NCBI GenBank assembly: GCA_013695465.1
Contig: JACDAL010000022.1
Coordinates: forward strand, 451 to 64,450
Reading direction: 5' to 3'
Length of the DNA: 64,000 nt
DNA from: Actinomycetota bacterium
GTDB lineage: Bacteria; Actinomycetota; CADDZG01; WHSQ01
Shown here: in pieces, positions 18,584 through 26,849 of the stretch
Numbering within the stretch: position 1 is the stretch's first letter
Layout: each line of letters opens with the position of its first letter
Position numbers and translations under genes: made by a program
Notes under the pieces: generated by a model
Databases searched by the model: none
What the model saw: only the letters and a program-made list of their open reading frames with translations
Told to the model about the DNA's origin: nothing

Positions 18584-19490
18584 CCGCGACGATGAACACC
18601 ATGGAGATCTGCAGCCCGAGGAGCCCCAAGACCAGATAGAGAAAGTGATTGCTCTTGATCACGGCGAGGGTCGGGGAGCCCGACGCTTCGCGGAAGGCAT
18701 CATGGGCGGCGATCACCCAGAGGGCGAAGGCGATGAATCCGAAGACGATCGCCAACAGCATCCCTCGCCCGCCCTGGACGCCGGCGAAGAGGCAGACGAG
18801 GACCGCCCAGAGGCTGATGACAGCGCGCGCCACCGCCTGGCCCCACTGGCCCATGTAGGCGTGGCCGGCGCCGGGAAGGAACAGCGATATCAGCGCAACC
18901 GTCCCAGGGTCCCGCGCCACCTGCAGCTTCTCCTCCTTGAGGATCTCTCCAAAGCTGGCACCGCAGACGGAACACCTCTGCTCGACAAGGGAGTTGCGTG
19001 CCTCACACCATTTGCAGGCCCAGGTGATTCCCTCGGCTCGGACACTGAACGACCCGGCGTCGGCTTCGGTCACTTCGGGGCCGGCGTTGACCGGTCTCGA
19101 CTCGGGCGATGCCGGGTCGAGCGGTGCTACGGCGGCAGGTTGGGCTGGGTCGGCCTCACCCTCGAGCCCAGGTGGGGCCGGGGCCCGTTGGCGACCGGCG
19201 GGTACCCGTGTTGTGGCGCCCCCCGACCTCTTGGCCAGCATCAGCATCGCTTCCTCGAGCGAGGTGGGCGCTGCGTTGCGCACGGGCTCGGCCGCGTCGG
19301 TGCTATGAGAGGCCTCGAGGGCCTGAGGCGCGACCTGCGATCCCGGCCCGGCGGCGGGAGGGGGGGTAGCGGGAGCGGCGAAGCACTGCCCGCACCATTG
19401 CGCGCCCACCCGATTGGTGGCGCCGCACCCCTGGCATTTCCACGTCTCTGTTCTTGCTGGAGCGCCGTGCGGCGCCGAAGAGGGTCGCAT
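18570..19490 (-). CDS. membrane protein with two RanBP2-type zinc ribbons
   Basis: The start is set at the ATG at 19490, since the track ORF extends spuriously into panB. It has WKCQGCGATNRVGAQWCGQCF and WACKWCEARNSLVEQRCSVCG, then three hydrophobic helices (ALISLFLPGAGHAYMGQWGQA...). Confidence 0.6.
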   Translation of the reverse strand: MRPSSAPHGAPARTETWKCQGCGATNRVGAQWCGQCFAAPATPPPAAGPGSQVAPQALEASHSTDAAEPVRNAAPTSLEEAMLMLAKRSGGATTRVPAGRQRAPAPPGLEGEADPAQPAAVAPLDPASPESRPVNAGPEVTEADAGSFSVRAEGITWACKWCEARNSLVEQRCSVCGASFGEILKEEKLQVARDPGTVALISLFLPGAGHAYMGQWGQAVARAVISLWAVLVCLFAGVQGGRGMLLAIVFGFIAFALWVIAAHDAFREASGSPTLAVIKSNHFLYLVLGLLGLQISMVFIVAVTAG

Positions 19491-19602
19491 GCCCTGACTC
19501 CCGATATCGCCCGTAGATTCAGGCGCGCGCGCCGCGCACCCGTGTTCGTTATCGGCAGCCACGCCGGTTTCCTCAAGCGGATGCCCCAGGGGCGCGGTCC
19601 GA

Positions 19603-20397
19603 TCAGTCGTAGGAGTGCTCGGAGTCGGGGAAGGTACCCTCCACGACTTCCCGTGCGAACTCCTTGGCTGCTCTCGTGACCTCGTCTCCCAGGGACGCGT
19701 AGCGCTTGACGAAGCGCGGCGTTCTCCCCATCGTGAGGCCGAGGAAGTCGTGCAACACCAGCACCTGAGCGTCTGTGTGAGGGCCTGCCCCGATGCCGAT
19801 CGTGGGAATCGAAAGGCTCTGCGTGACCTCGCGCCCCAGTGCCTGAGGGACGGCCTCCAGCACGAGGGCGAATGCGCCCGCGGCCTCGAGATGCTTGGCG
19901 TCCTGGAGTATCCGTTGAGCGGCCTCACCCCGTCCCTGGACGCGATAGCCCCCCAGCTGATTGACGGACTGCGGCGTCAGGCCAAGATGTCCCATGACCG
20001 GGATACCGGACTCCACCAGGCGGCTCACGACCTCCGCCACACGCCCGCCGCCCTCGAGCTTCACCGCATTGACGCCGGCCTCCTTCAGATGACGTCCGGC
20101 ATTGTGGAGCGCTTCGCTGGTCGACGCCTGGTAGCTCATGAAAGGCATGTCGCCGACGACGAAGGCGTTCTCCACCGCCCTGGTCACCGCCGAGGCATGG
20201 TGAATCATGTCGTCCATGGTCACGGGGATAGTCGAGCTGTGTCCCAGCACCATCTCGCCCAGCGTGTCCCCGACAAGGAGCACCGGGACACCCGCCTGAT
20301 CGAGTAGCCGGGCCATCGAGGCGTCGTAGGCGGTGAGCATGATGAAGCGCTCGCCCCGCTGCTTGAACGCGTGGATGTCACGCACGGTGATCGGCAC
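19603..20397 (-). CDS. panB: 3-methyl-2-oxobutanoate hydroxymethyltransferase
   Basis: FIMLTAYDASMARLLDQAGVPVLLVGDTLGEMVLGHSSTIPVTMDDMIHHASAV...AVKLEGG...GHLGLTPQS. Confidence 0.95.
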   Translation of the reverse strand: MPITVRDIHAFKQRGERFIMLTAYDASMARLLDQAGVPVLLVGDTLGEMVLGHSSTIPVTMDDMIHHASAVTRAVENAFVVGDMPFMSYQASTSEALHNAGRHLKEAGVNAVKLEGGGRVAEVVSRLVESGIPVMGHLGLTPQSVNQLGGYRVQGRGEAAQRILQDAKHLEAAGAFALVLEAVPQALGREVTQSLSIPTIGIGAGPHTDAQVLVLHDFLGLTMGRTPRFVKRYASLGDEVTRAAKEFAREVVEGTFPDSEHSYD

Positions 20398-20479
20398 TGT
20401 CGCCTCCTCGGAAAGGTAGCCGCAGAGATCTCAGCATAGTGCGCTCCCGCAGGTACGCCGACGAGCCTGCTTCACCCGG

Positions 20480-21736
20480 CTAAGTGCCGCGGTCCAGCGC
20501 GGCGCGAATCCGCTCGGCCGTCGGAGGATGGCTGTAGAGCAGGGCAACGGCCGCTCGGGGTGGTGCGAGGTCGGCCAGGTTCGACAACGCCAGGCGCCGG
20601 AAGGACGAGACGGCGGCTTCCGGATCCTTGGTCAAAGACAGCGCGATCTGATCGGCTCGGCGCTCGAAGCTGCGCGATACGGCGCTCTGGAGCGGCAGGG
20701 TGAGGAGTCCCACGACCGTTGCGTACAGGACCAGCAGAGGCAGGGCGCGCAGGTCCGAGGGCCCCGATGAGCCCGCCCACGACCACCACTCCTCCCGGCC
20801 CGACAGCAGGGCGAGCAGGCCGAAGCCTCCGAACAGCCCTACGGAGGAGAGCGCGATGTTCTTCAGGACATGGCTCTCGGCCTCGTGTCCGAGCTCGTGA
20901 GCGACCACGAACAACGTCTCCCGTTCGGTGCCGGAGCGCAGGAGCGTGTCGTACAGGACCATGCGCTTGGTCTGGGAAAAGCCCGCCACGTATGCGTTCT
21001 CCGCAGTGCTGCGGCGGCTTGCGTCCGCAACCAAGACGTCTCCGAGCGAGACGTCGGCGGCGACCGCCAGGGCTTTGATCCGTCCGGCCAGGTCCCGGTC
21101 CTCGAGCGGAGTGAAGCGGTTGAATAGCGGCGCCACCACCACCGGCCACACGAACGCCAGCAGCACGCTCAGAAGCGTGAACGCGCCCCATCCCCACAGC
21201 CACCAGGTGCCCGGCTGCCAGCGGACTACCGCGAAAAAGACCGCCGCCCCCACCGCCCCCGTGATCATCCCGATCACCAGCGAGCGGAGCTGATCCGTGG
21301 CCCAGGCCCCAGAGCTCTGGGTCGACAGGCCCCAGGCCTGCTCCATTGAATAGCCACGCACGAACGACAGTGGCAGGCCGGCGAGCGTGATCGCTGCGAC
21401 CACGGCCGCACCGGCCAGGGCAGAGGCCACGAGAAAACCCCCAGGGACGCCGTCGAGCAGACCGACGACCCGCGCGAAGGGCCCCCGTGCCAGCATCACG
21501 AGTACCGCAACCTGCAGAGAGATGGAGAGCCCGAGAAAGAGGTAGGCAGGCCCCCTGTAGGCGCCGTGCCTGGCGACCTGTTGGGGGGTGAACCGGGCCC
21601 CCAGAGCCGGGTCGCGGGACTCGGACGGCGGCTCGGCCAGGCGCACCTCGGCAGGCGTGCGCGAGACGAGGGCGAGGAGCCCGGTCGCGGCCCCTGCAAG
21701 CAGCAGGATCACGACTACCGCTTTGCCCACGCTCAC
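20480..21736 (-). CDS. M48 family zinc metalloprotease (Ste24/HtpX-like), membrane
   Basis: HEXXH in VVAHELGHEAESH, an N-terminal multi-TM region, and C-terminal YSHPPTAERI. Confidence 0.85.
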   Translation of the reverse strand: MSVGKAVVVILLLAGAATGLLALVSRTPAEVRLAEPPSESRDPALGARFTPQQVARHGAYRGPAYLFLGLSISLQVAVLVMLARGPFARVVGLLDGVPGGFLVASALAGAAVVAAITLAGLPLSFVRGYSMEQAWGLSTQSSGAWATDQLRSLVIGMITGAVGAAVFFAVVRWQPGTWWLWGWGAFTLLSVLLAFVWPVVVAPLFNRFTPLEDRDLAGRIKALAVAADVSLGDVLVADASRRSTAENAYVAGFSQTKRMVLYDTLLRSGTERETLFVVAHELGHEAESHVLKNIALSSVGLFGGFGLLALLSGREEWWSWAGSSGPSDLRALPLLVLYATVVGLLTLPLQSAVSRSFERRADQIALSLTKDPEAAVSSFRRLALSNLADLAPPRAAVALLYSHPPTAERIRAALDRGT

Positions 21737-21740
21737 TCTC

Positions 21741-21947
21741 TCAGCCTACGCGGCGGGATTCCCCGTCGGAGCGCGGCTTGAAGCGCAAGACAGGGAGCAG
21801 ACCTACCCCCGAGAGCACCTCCAGGGGCGAGTCGAGCTCTTCGTCGAGCTCTACCTCGGTCCCGGGGGGGTGCAGCACCGCGGTCACTAGGCAGTCTTCG
21901 CAGTGCTCGGTGCGGAACATCACGCAGTCGCTGCAATCGATCCTCAC
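21741..21947 (-). CDS. small Cys-rich protein (CxxC...CxxC)
   Basis: 68 aa, MRIDCSDCVMFRTEHCEDCLV... It ends 5 bp upstream of the M48 protease start, and its third-position GC is high. Confidence 0.5.
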   Translation of the reverse strand: MRIDCSDCVMFRTEHCEDCLVTAVLHPPGTEVELDEELDSPLEVLSGVGLLPVLRFKPRSDGESRRVG

Positions 21948-22094
21948 GGCGGCCTCCTCCGGGCGTTGGTGAACCTATGGCAATGAACCTAGGACAGGCC
22001 TGTGACACTCGGTCCTCTGGGGACTTTTCGGGCATCAGCCCCGCCCACCGGGCCGTCGTAATCCCCGGGTGGGCGTCGAAGCCTGCCGCAAGAC

Positions 22095-22170
22095 GGTGGC
22101 AAGAGCGGAACGAGGACATCTGCCGACAAAAAACTGTGGGCAGGAGCGGACCGAGGACATTCACCACCGT
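22095..22170. repeat. copy 1 of a ~75-bp bipartite intergenic element (two GCGGAmCGwGGAC half-sites 41 bp apart)
   Basis: It aligns without gaps to 25195-25270, about 53 of 75 identical by hand count. Conserved blocks are GGTGGC, GCGGA.CG.GGAC, TGTGGG, GCGGACCG.GGACATT and CCACCG. Confidence 0.8.
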
Positions 22171-22188
22171 CGGCGTGGGCGGGCGGGT

Positions 22189-23415
22189 TCAGCGGAGGGC
22201 GGCCAGCAGCTGCTCGGAGGTGGCGATCGTCGCCCCGAGCTTCCGGCAGAGCTCCTGAAGCTCCTTGTCGCTGGTGGCTACCACCACGGGTTCGGGGGGC
22301 CACGAGGCAAGCCAGGCCACGAGGTGATCATCGCCCGATTCCGGGGGCCGCGAATACTCGACCTTCACCGGGCCGCGGCGTCTTCGTGAGATGCCGGGGG
22401 CGACTTCGGCCCCGTCGAAGACCACGGTTGCGAGCACCCCGTGCCGGCGAATGAGCCGGGCGACCTCATCGACGGTGCGGGCGCGCTGGTCCTCCGTGGA
22501 CAGTGCCTTGAACGCGCCCTCCTGCTTCGCCACGTTGTATCCGTCTACCAGCAGATGCACGCCCGGCTCGCTGAGCCACTGGGCGAGAGTGGCCGGGTCG
22601 TCCTCCAGCAGCCCGGGTGGAGCCGACATTGGCCGTCGGGGGCGCGGGCGGGCGGCGCTGCGCTTCCTTCCGGCTTCGATGCCGTCCCCAACCCCAGCGT
22701 TCTTTGGATCCCCGGCGTCACGGCCAGCGGCCTGCGCCTGCTCCCAAGCCTCCGCCCGCCGAGCATCCTCCTTTACCTGCCGGCGGAGAACCTTGGTCTC
22801 GGCCCGCGCCCGATCCCGCTCGTCCGCAGCCTTGTCCGCAACGCGCTGCAGCCTCCGCAGCTCCCTCTCCTGCGCCTGCTTGGCGCCGGCGGCGGCCGCG
22901 ACCTCCCGGCGAGCCGCGCTCTCCGCTGCCTCCGCCCTCCCCCGCAGCTCTTCTAGCTGCCGAGTTAGTGCCGCGGTGCTGGAGCCATGCTCTCGAGCCG
23001 TGGCTCGCAACTCCGCCCGCAGCTTGCGGACCTCTGCCTTGTGGTCGCGTTCGGGCGCAGCGGATCCAGCTGCCTCGAAAGCCGACTCGGTGGGTGGGGT
23101 CTCGGGACTGGGAGCGGCCGCGCCTTGGATCTGCTCCTCCCATCCCTCGGCCCGCTCGGCAACCACGCTCAGCACACGCAGCTCCGCCTCCGAGAGGCGG
23201 GGCCTGCTCTCGTCCAACCACTCGAGGATGGCTTTGCGCAGGTCATCATCTTGGTCGAGAGCTTCCAGCAACCTGTCTCTGTGCTGCCGCAGAGCCGACT
23301 GACGAAACTTGCGGAAGCGCCGGATCGAATGCGGGAGCTCCGACACCGGCGCCGCCCGCAGATAGGCGCCGAGGGCCCGCAACAGGTCTCTCTCGACGCC
23401 TTCCGGGAACCTCAC
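22189..23415 (-). CDS. NYN/YacP-like (PIN-fold) RNA-binding or nuclease-domain protein with long charged coiled-coil
   Basis: The C-terminus HLLVDGYNVAKQEG...VVFDGAEV...YSRPPESGDDHLV...VVVATSDKELQ matches the YacP/NYN pattern. The GTG start overlaps the upstream stop (GTGA). Confidence 0.7.
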   Translation of the reverse strand: MRFPEGVERDLLRALGAYLRAAPVSELPHSIRRFRKFRQSALRQHRDRLLEALDQDDDLRKAILEWLDESRPRLSEAELRVLSVVAERAEGWEEQIQGAAAPSPETPPTESAFEAAGSAAPERDHKAEVRKLRAELRATAREHGSSTAALTRQLEELRGRAEAAESAARREVAAAAGAKQAQERELRRLQRVADKAADERDRARAETKVLRRQVKEDARRAEAWEQAQAAGRDAGDPKNAGVGDGIEAGRKRSAARPRPRRPMSAPPGLLEDDPATLAQWLSEPGVHLLVDGYNVAKQEGAFKALSTEDQRARTVDEVARLIRRHGVLATVVFDGAEVAPGISRRRRGPVKVEYSRPPESGDDHLVAWLASWPPEPVVVATSDKELQELCRKLGATIATSEQLLAALR

Positions 23416-25139
23416 TTCGGAGGTGTTGTCAGGCGCCTGAGCGTCAGGACGACGGTGTCGTCGGTGACCTCGCCGAACGACTGCGCATCTTCGTAGACGC
23501 TCCGCACCAGCTCCTCGGAGGATGCTTTCGCCGCATGGCGTCCGATCGAAGCGGCGACCCTCTGGGCTCCGAACAGCTCGTTGCCCTGTCGCGCCTCCAA
23601 CAGTCCGTCCGTGAACACCACGAGTCCGTCTCCAGGCCCCAGCGGGGTCTTCTCGGTTGCGTAGGTCTGCTCCTCGAACGCTCCCAGCAGGTGCCCGGCA
23701 ACCGTTATCGACTCGACCGTGGCTGTGGCGGCGCGGAAGACGAACGGCGGGGGATGGCCGCCGAGGGCGAACTCGAGGACGTGGTCGTGTGTGTTGAGGA
23801 CTCCGTAGAAGGCGGTGGCGAAGCGATCGTTGCCGATCCGGCCGACAAGGGCGTTGTTGAGGTGGTAGAGGACCGAGTCGGGCCTGGGGTTGCGGAGCGC
23901 GTAGGCGCGCAGCATGTACTTCGCCATCGCCGTCTGTGCCGCCGCCTCCAATCCCTTGCCCGAGATGTCGCCCACCACCACAGCCACCGAGTGATCAAGC
24001 TCGAAGACGTCGTAGAAATCCCCACCGACCTCGGCGTCGGCTTCGGACGCTTGATATATCCAGGCGAGCTCGTAGCCCTCTACCTGCGGCAAATCGCGCG
24101 TGACCAGTGCCCTCTGGAGGATCTTCGCCATCGCCCGCTGGCGCTCGAACCGCTGTGAGTTCTCGATGGCGATCCCGGCCTGGGCGGCCGCCACCCGCAG
24201 GGCCTCGGCGCGCAGGGGGCCGAGCGTTAGGGGCCACTCGAAGGAGAGCACGAGAGCACCGAGGATGGAGCCGTCGGAAGACAGGAGGCCGACGGCGAAC
24301 GCCGCGCCCGAATTCGAAGCGGCGGACCCCGGAAGGGCGGTCACCTGACGCCGTTGCAGCTGCGCCCAGGGGAGACCGTCGTCGGAGCCTTCGACAATCG
24401 TCGCCGGGGAATCGACCAGCACCACCTCTACATGGTCGGCATCGACCAGGTCGCGCGCGGCCCCGCAGATCTCGTCGGTTAGCGGGCTCAGGCGTTGCCG
24501 GGTGGAGATCCTGAGCCCGAAAGCCCGGATCTTCGTCAGCATCGTGAAGCGGCGGGCATTGACCAAGGCCATCCCCAGGAGGCGAGCGATCCCTTCAGCC
24601 ATGCGCTCCTGGCGGCGGCCGAAATCGTGGGGGCGGCTGAACTCGAGCCCCATTCCCCCAATGGCCTCCTCGCCCCGCAACAGCGGGATCCCGATATAGG
24701 CGCCGAGAGACCGCCGCCGTGCCTGTTCGGGGTCCAGCAAGGAGGTCGTGGATATGTCCGAGAGAACCATTACCTCCTGGTGATCGAGCACGTGGGTCAT
24801 GAGCGGCAGCCCTCCACGAACCCCGGCCCGCTCCTTTAGGTGCGCCAGCAAGTCGGCATCAAAGCCCAGCGAGCTCACGATCTGGAGCCCCCCGCTTCTC
24901 TCCCTCCTCGACACGACGTAGGTGCGCTCGGCCCCGAACATGTCGGAGCACGCCTCCACCGCCCGGCGAATCGTGTCCTCGAAGCCGCGCATCTCAGAGA
25001 GCCTGGAGGCGAGCGTGAGCAGGGCGCTCGCCGCCGACGCCTCGGCACGCGCCGAAGACAGCATCGCCTCGAGCTCCTCTCTCGTCGCCGGGTGCCCTGT
25101 CTCCATGGAAGCCGATCCTATGGCGGACCCCCGCGTCAT
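23412..25139 (-). CDS. GAF-domain-containing PP2C/SpoIIE-type serine phosphatase
   Basis: 575 aa, with two GAF-like regions. The C-terminus GGDFYDVF...VVVGDISGKGLEAAAQTA...FVVFTDGLLEA is typical of SpoIIE/PP2C. Confidence 0.85.
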   Translation of the reverse strand: MTRGSAIGSASMETGHPATREELEAMLSSARAEASAASALLTLASRLSEMRGFEDTIRRAVEACSDMFGAERTYVVSRRERSGGLQIVSSLGFDADLLAHLKERAGVRGGLPLMTHVLDHQEVMVLSDISTTSLLDPEQARRRSLGAYIGIPLLRGEEAIGGMGLEFSRPHDFGRRQERMAEGIARLLGMALVNARRFTMLTKIRAFGLRISTRQRLSPLTDEICGAARDLVDADHVEVVLVDSPATIVEGSDDGLPWAQLQRRQVTALPGSAASNSGAAFAVGLLSSDGSILGALVLSFEWPLTLGPLRAEALRVAAAQAGIAIENSQRFERQRAMAKILQRALVTRDLPQVEGYELAWIYQASEADAEVGGDFYDVFELDHSVAVVVGDISGKGLEAAAQTAMAKYMLRAYALRNPRPDSVLYHLNNALVGRIGNDRFATAFYGVLNTHDHVLEFALGGHPPPFVFRAATATVESITVAGHLLGAFEEQTYATEKTPLGPGDGLVVFTDGLLEARQGNELFGAQRVAASIGRHAAKASSEELVRSVYEDAQSFGEVTDDTVVLTLRRLTTPPK

Positions 25140-25194
25140 CGGGGTCGTGAAGTTGGGGGCCGGGTGGAACTAGCCAAGTGCGGGCCGGGTCGAG

Positions 25195-25270
25195 GGTGGC
25201 TAAAGCGGACCGTGGACCTCAGGACACGCCTTCTTGTGGGTAGACGCGGACCGTGGACATTAGCCACCGC
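25195..25270. repeat. copy 2 of the ~75-bp bipartite intergenic element
   Basis: See 22095-22170. It has the same block order and the same 41-bp half-site spacing, and lies upstream of the PP2C gene start at 25139. Confidence 0.8.
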
Positions 25271-25313
25271 GTGGGTGGTCGCAGGGCCGCGGAACTTCGT
25301 CGGACAGGACCGG

Positions 25314-25817
25314 CTACTCGCCGGTGGTGCCGTCGATCAGCTCACGCACGATGTCGGCATGGCCGTTGTGGCGGGCTGTCTCCTGTATCAGGTGTAACAG
25401 TACCCATCGCAGGTTGGGGCGTGCCTCGCCACCGTGAGCGCGCCGGGCCACGGCATCGAGCTCCGCGGCCGAGGCGATGGCGCGGTCGCGCTCGATCTCC
25501 GCCTGGTAGAGCGCGAACACCTGCTCGGCGGTCTCGTCCGGCTCGACCCGGAAATCGGCATCGGGATCGTCGTCGGTCCACGGGAAGCGCACCTCGTCCC
25601 CGGCATGGATCCACTGGAACCACCAGCGCTCGACGTAGGCGAGGTGCTTGACCAGCCCCAGCAAGCTCGTTCCCGAGGGCGTCAGCTCGCGGCGCAAATC
25701 GTGCTCGGAGAGCCCGGCGGTCTTCTGCAGCAGGGTGGCGCGGTGGTAGTCGAGAAATGCCTCGAGCAGGTCCTTGTCCGAGCCCTCGAAGGGCGTGTCT
25801 TTTCTCTCTGTGGTCAC
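25314..25817 (-). CDS. DinB-family (DUF664 / mycothiol-dependent-like) protein
   Basis: LLGLVKHLAYVERWWF...LLHLIQETARHNGHADIVRELIDG. Confidence 0.85.
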   Translation of the reverse strand: MTTERKDTPFEGSDKDLLEAFLDYHRATLLQKTAGLSEHDLRRELTPSGTSLLGLVKHLAYVERWWFQWIHAGDEVRFPWTDDDPDADFRVEPDETAEQVFALYQAEIERDRAIASAAELDAVARRAHGGEARPNLRWVLLHLIQETARHNGHADIVRELIDGTTGE

Positions 25818-25826
25818 GGAGGAAAC

Positions 25827-26849
25827 CTACAGGGAGCGGGAGACTTCGACGAGCCTCTCGAGGACCAATGCTGCAGCCCCCGAATCCACCGCGCCCGCGG
25901 CCCCCATCAGCCCCTCCTTCAGATCGGAGGCGCGCCCGGCCGCCACCAGGCCGGCCGCGGCGTTCAGCAGCACGATGTCGCGCCGCGGCCCCCTTTCGCC
26001 CTCCAGCACCGATCGGATGGTGGCCGCGTTCGTCTCCGCTGTCCCGCCCCTGATTGCCTCGCCCGAAGCGGGCTCGAGCCCCAGCTCCAGCGGGTCCACC
26101 ACCTCCCGGCGAATCACTCCCGAGACCAGCTCGACCACCTGCGAGGGGCCCGCCGTGGAGAGCTCGTCCAGGCCTCCGTATCCATGAAAGGCGACAACGT
26201 GAGTGCTGCCCAGGCGCGCCAGTGTGGCAACCATGACCTCCAGCATGCGGGGCTCGGACACCCCGAGGGCCTGGCAGGTGACGCCGGCGGGATTCGTGAG
26301 GGGGCCGAGGAAGTTGAAGACCGTGGCCACGCCCAGCTCCCGGCGGGGTGCGGCGGCGTGGCGCATGGCGGGGTGGAACACGGGAGCGAAGCAGAACCCC
26401 ATCCCCGTCTCCTCGATGCAGGAGGCGACCTTTTCGGGCGACAGGTCGATGCGAACGCCGAGAGTCTCCAGCACGTCCGCCGAGCCGCAGCGAGACGACG
26501 CCGCCCGGTTCCCATGCTTCGCCACCCTCACGCCCGCCCCCGCGCAAACAAGGGCCGCGGCGGTGGAGACGTTGAAGGTCCCGGCGCGGTCCCCCCCCGT
26601 GCCGCAGGTGTCGAGCAACTCGCCGGAGACGGGCACCCGGGCGGCGAACGCCCGCATCGTCCTGACGAGTCCTGAGACCTCTTCGGGCGTCTCGCCCTTG
26701 GCCCGCAGCGCGACCACGAAACCCGCCACCTGTGCCGGCGTCGCGGCCCCCTGCATGATCTCTGCCATCGCGGCGGCCGCGCCCTCTTCCGAGAGGTCAC
26801 GCCCCCCGAGAAGCTCGGAGAGCACGTGCGACCAGGAGAACTCCGTCAC
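25827..26849 (-). CDS. trpD: anthranilate phosphoribosyltransferase
   Basis: LDTCGTGGDRAGTFNVSTAAALVCAGAGVRVAKHGNRAASSRCGSADVLE. Confidence 0.95.
   Translation of the reverse strand: MTEFSWSHVLSELLGGRDLSEEGAAAAMAEIMQGAATPAQVAGFVVALRAKGETPEEVSGLVRTMRAFAARVPVSGELLDTCGTGGDRAGTFNVSTAAALVCAGAGVRVAKHGNRAASSRCGSADVLETLGVRIDLSPEKVASCIEETGMGFCFAPVFHPAMRHAAAPRRELGVATVFNFLGPLTNPAGVTCQALGVSEPRMLEVMVATLARLGSTHVVAFHGYGGLDELSTAGPSQVVELVSGVIRREVVDPLELGLEPASGEAIRGGTAETNAATIRSVLEGERGPRRDIVLLNAAAGLVAAGRASDLKEGLMGAAGAVDSGAAALVLERLVEVSRSL

Noticed and set aside
18570-19928. Full 452-aa ORF as the zinc-ribbon protein
   Set aside because: The upstream 146 codons overlap the 3' end of panB and look like a shadow (Arg/Ser/Pro-rich). 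The gene is started at the first Met after panB (19490).
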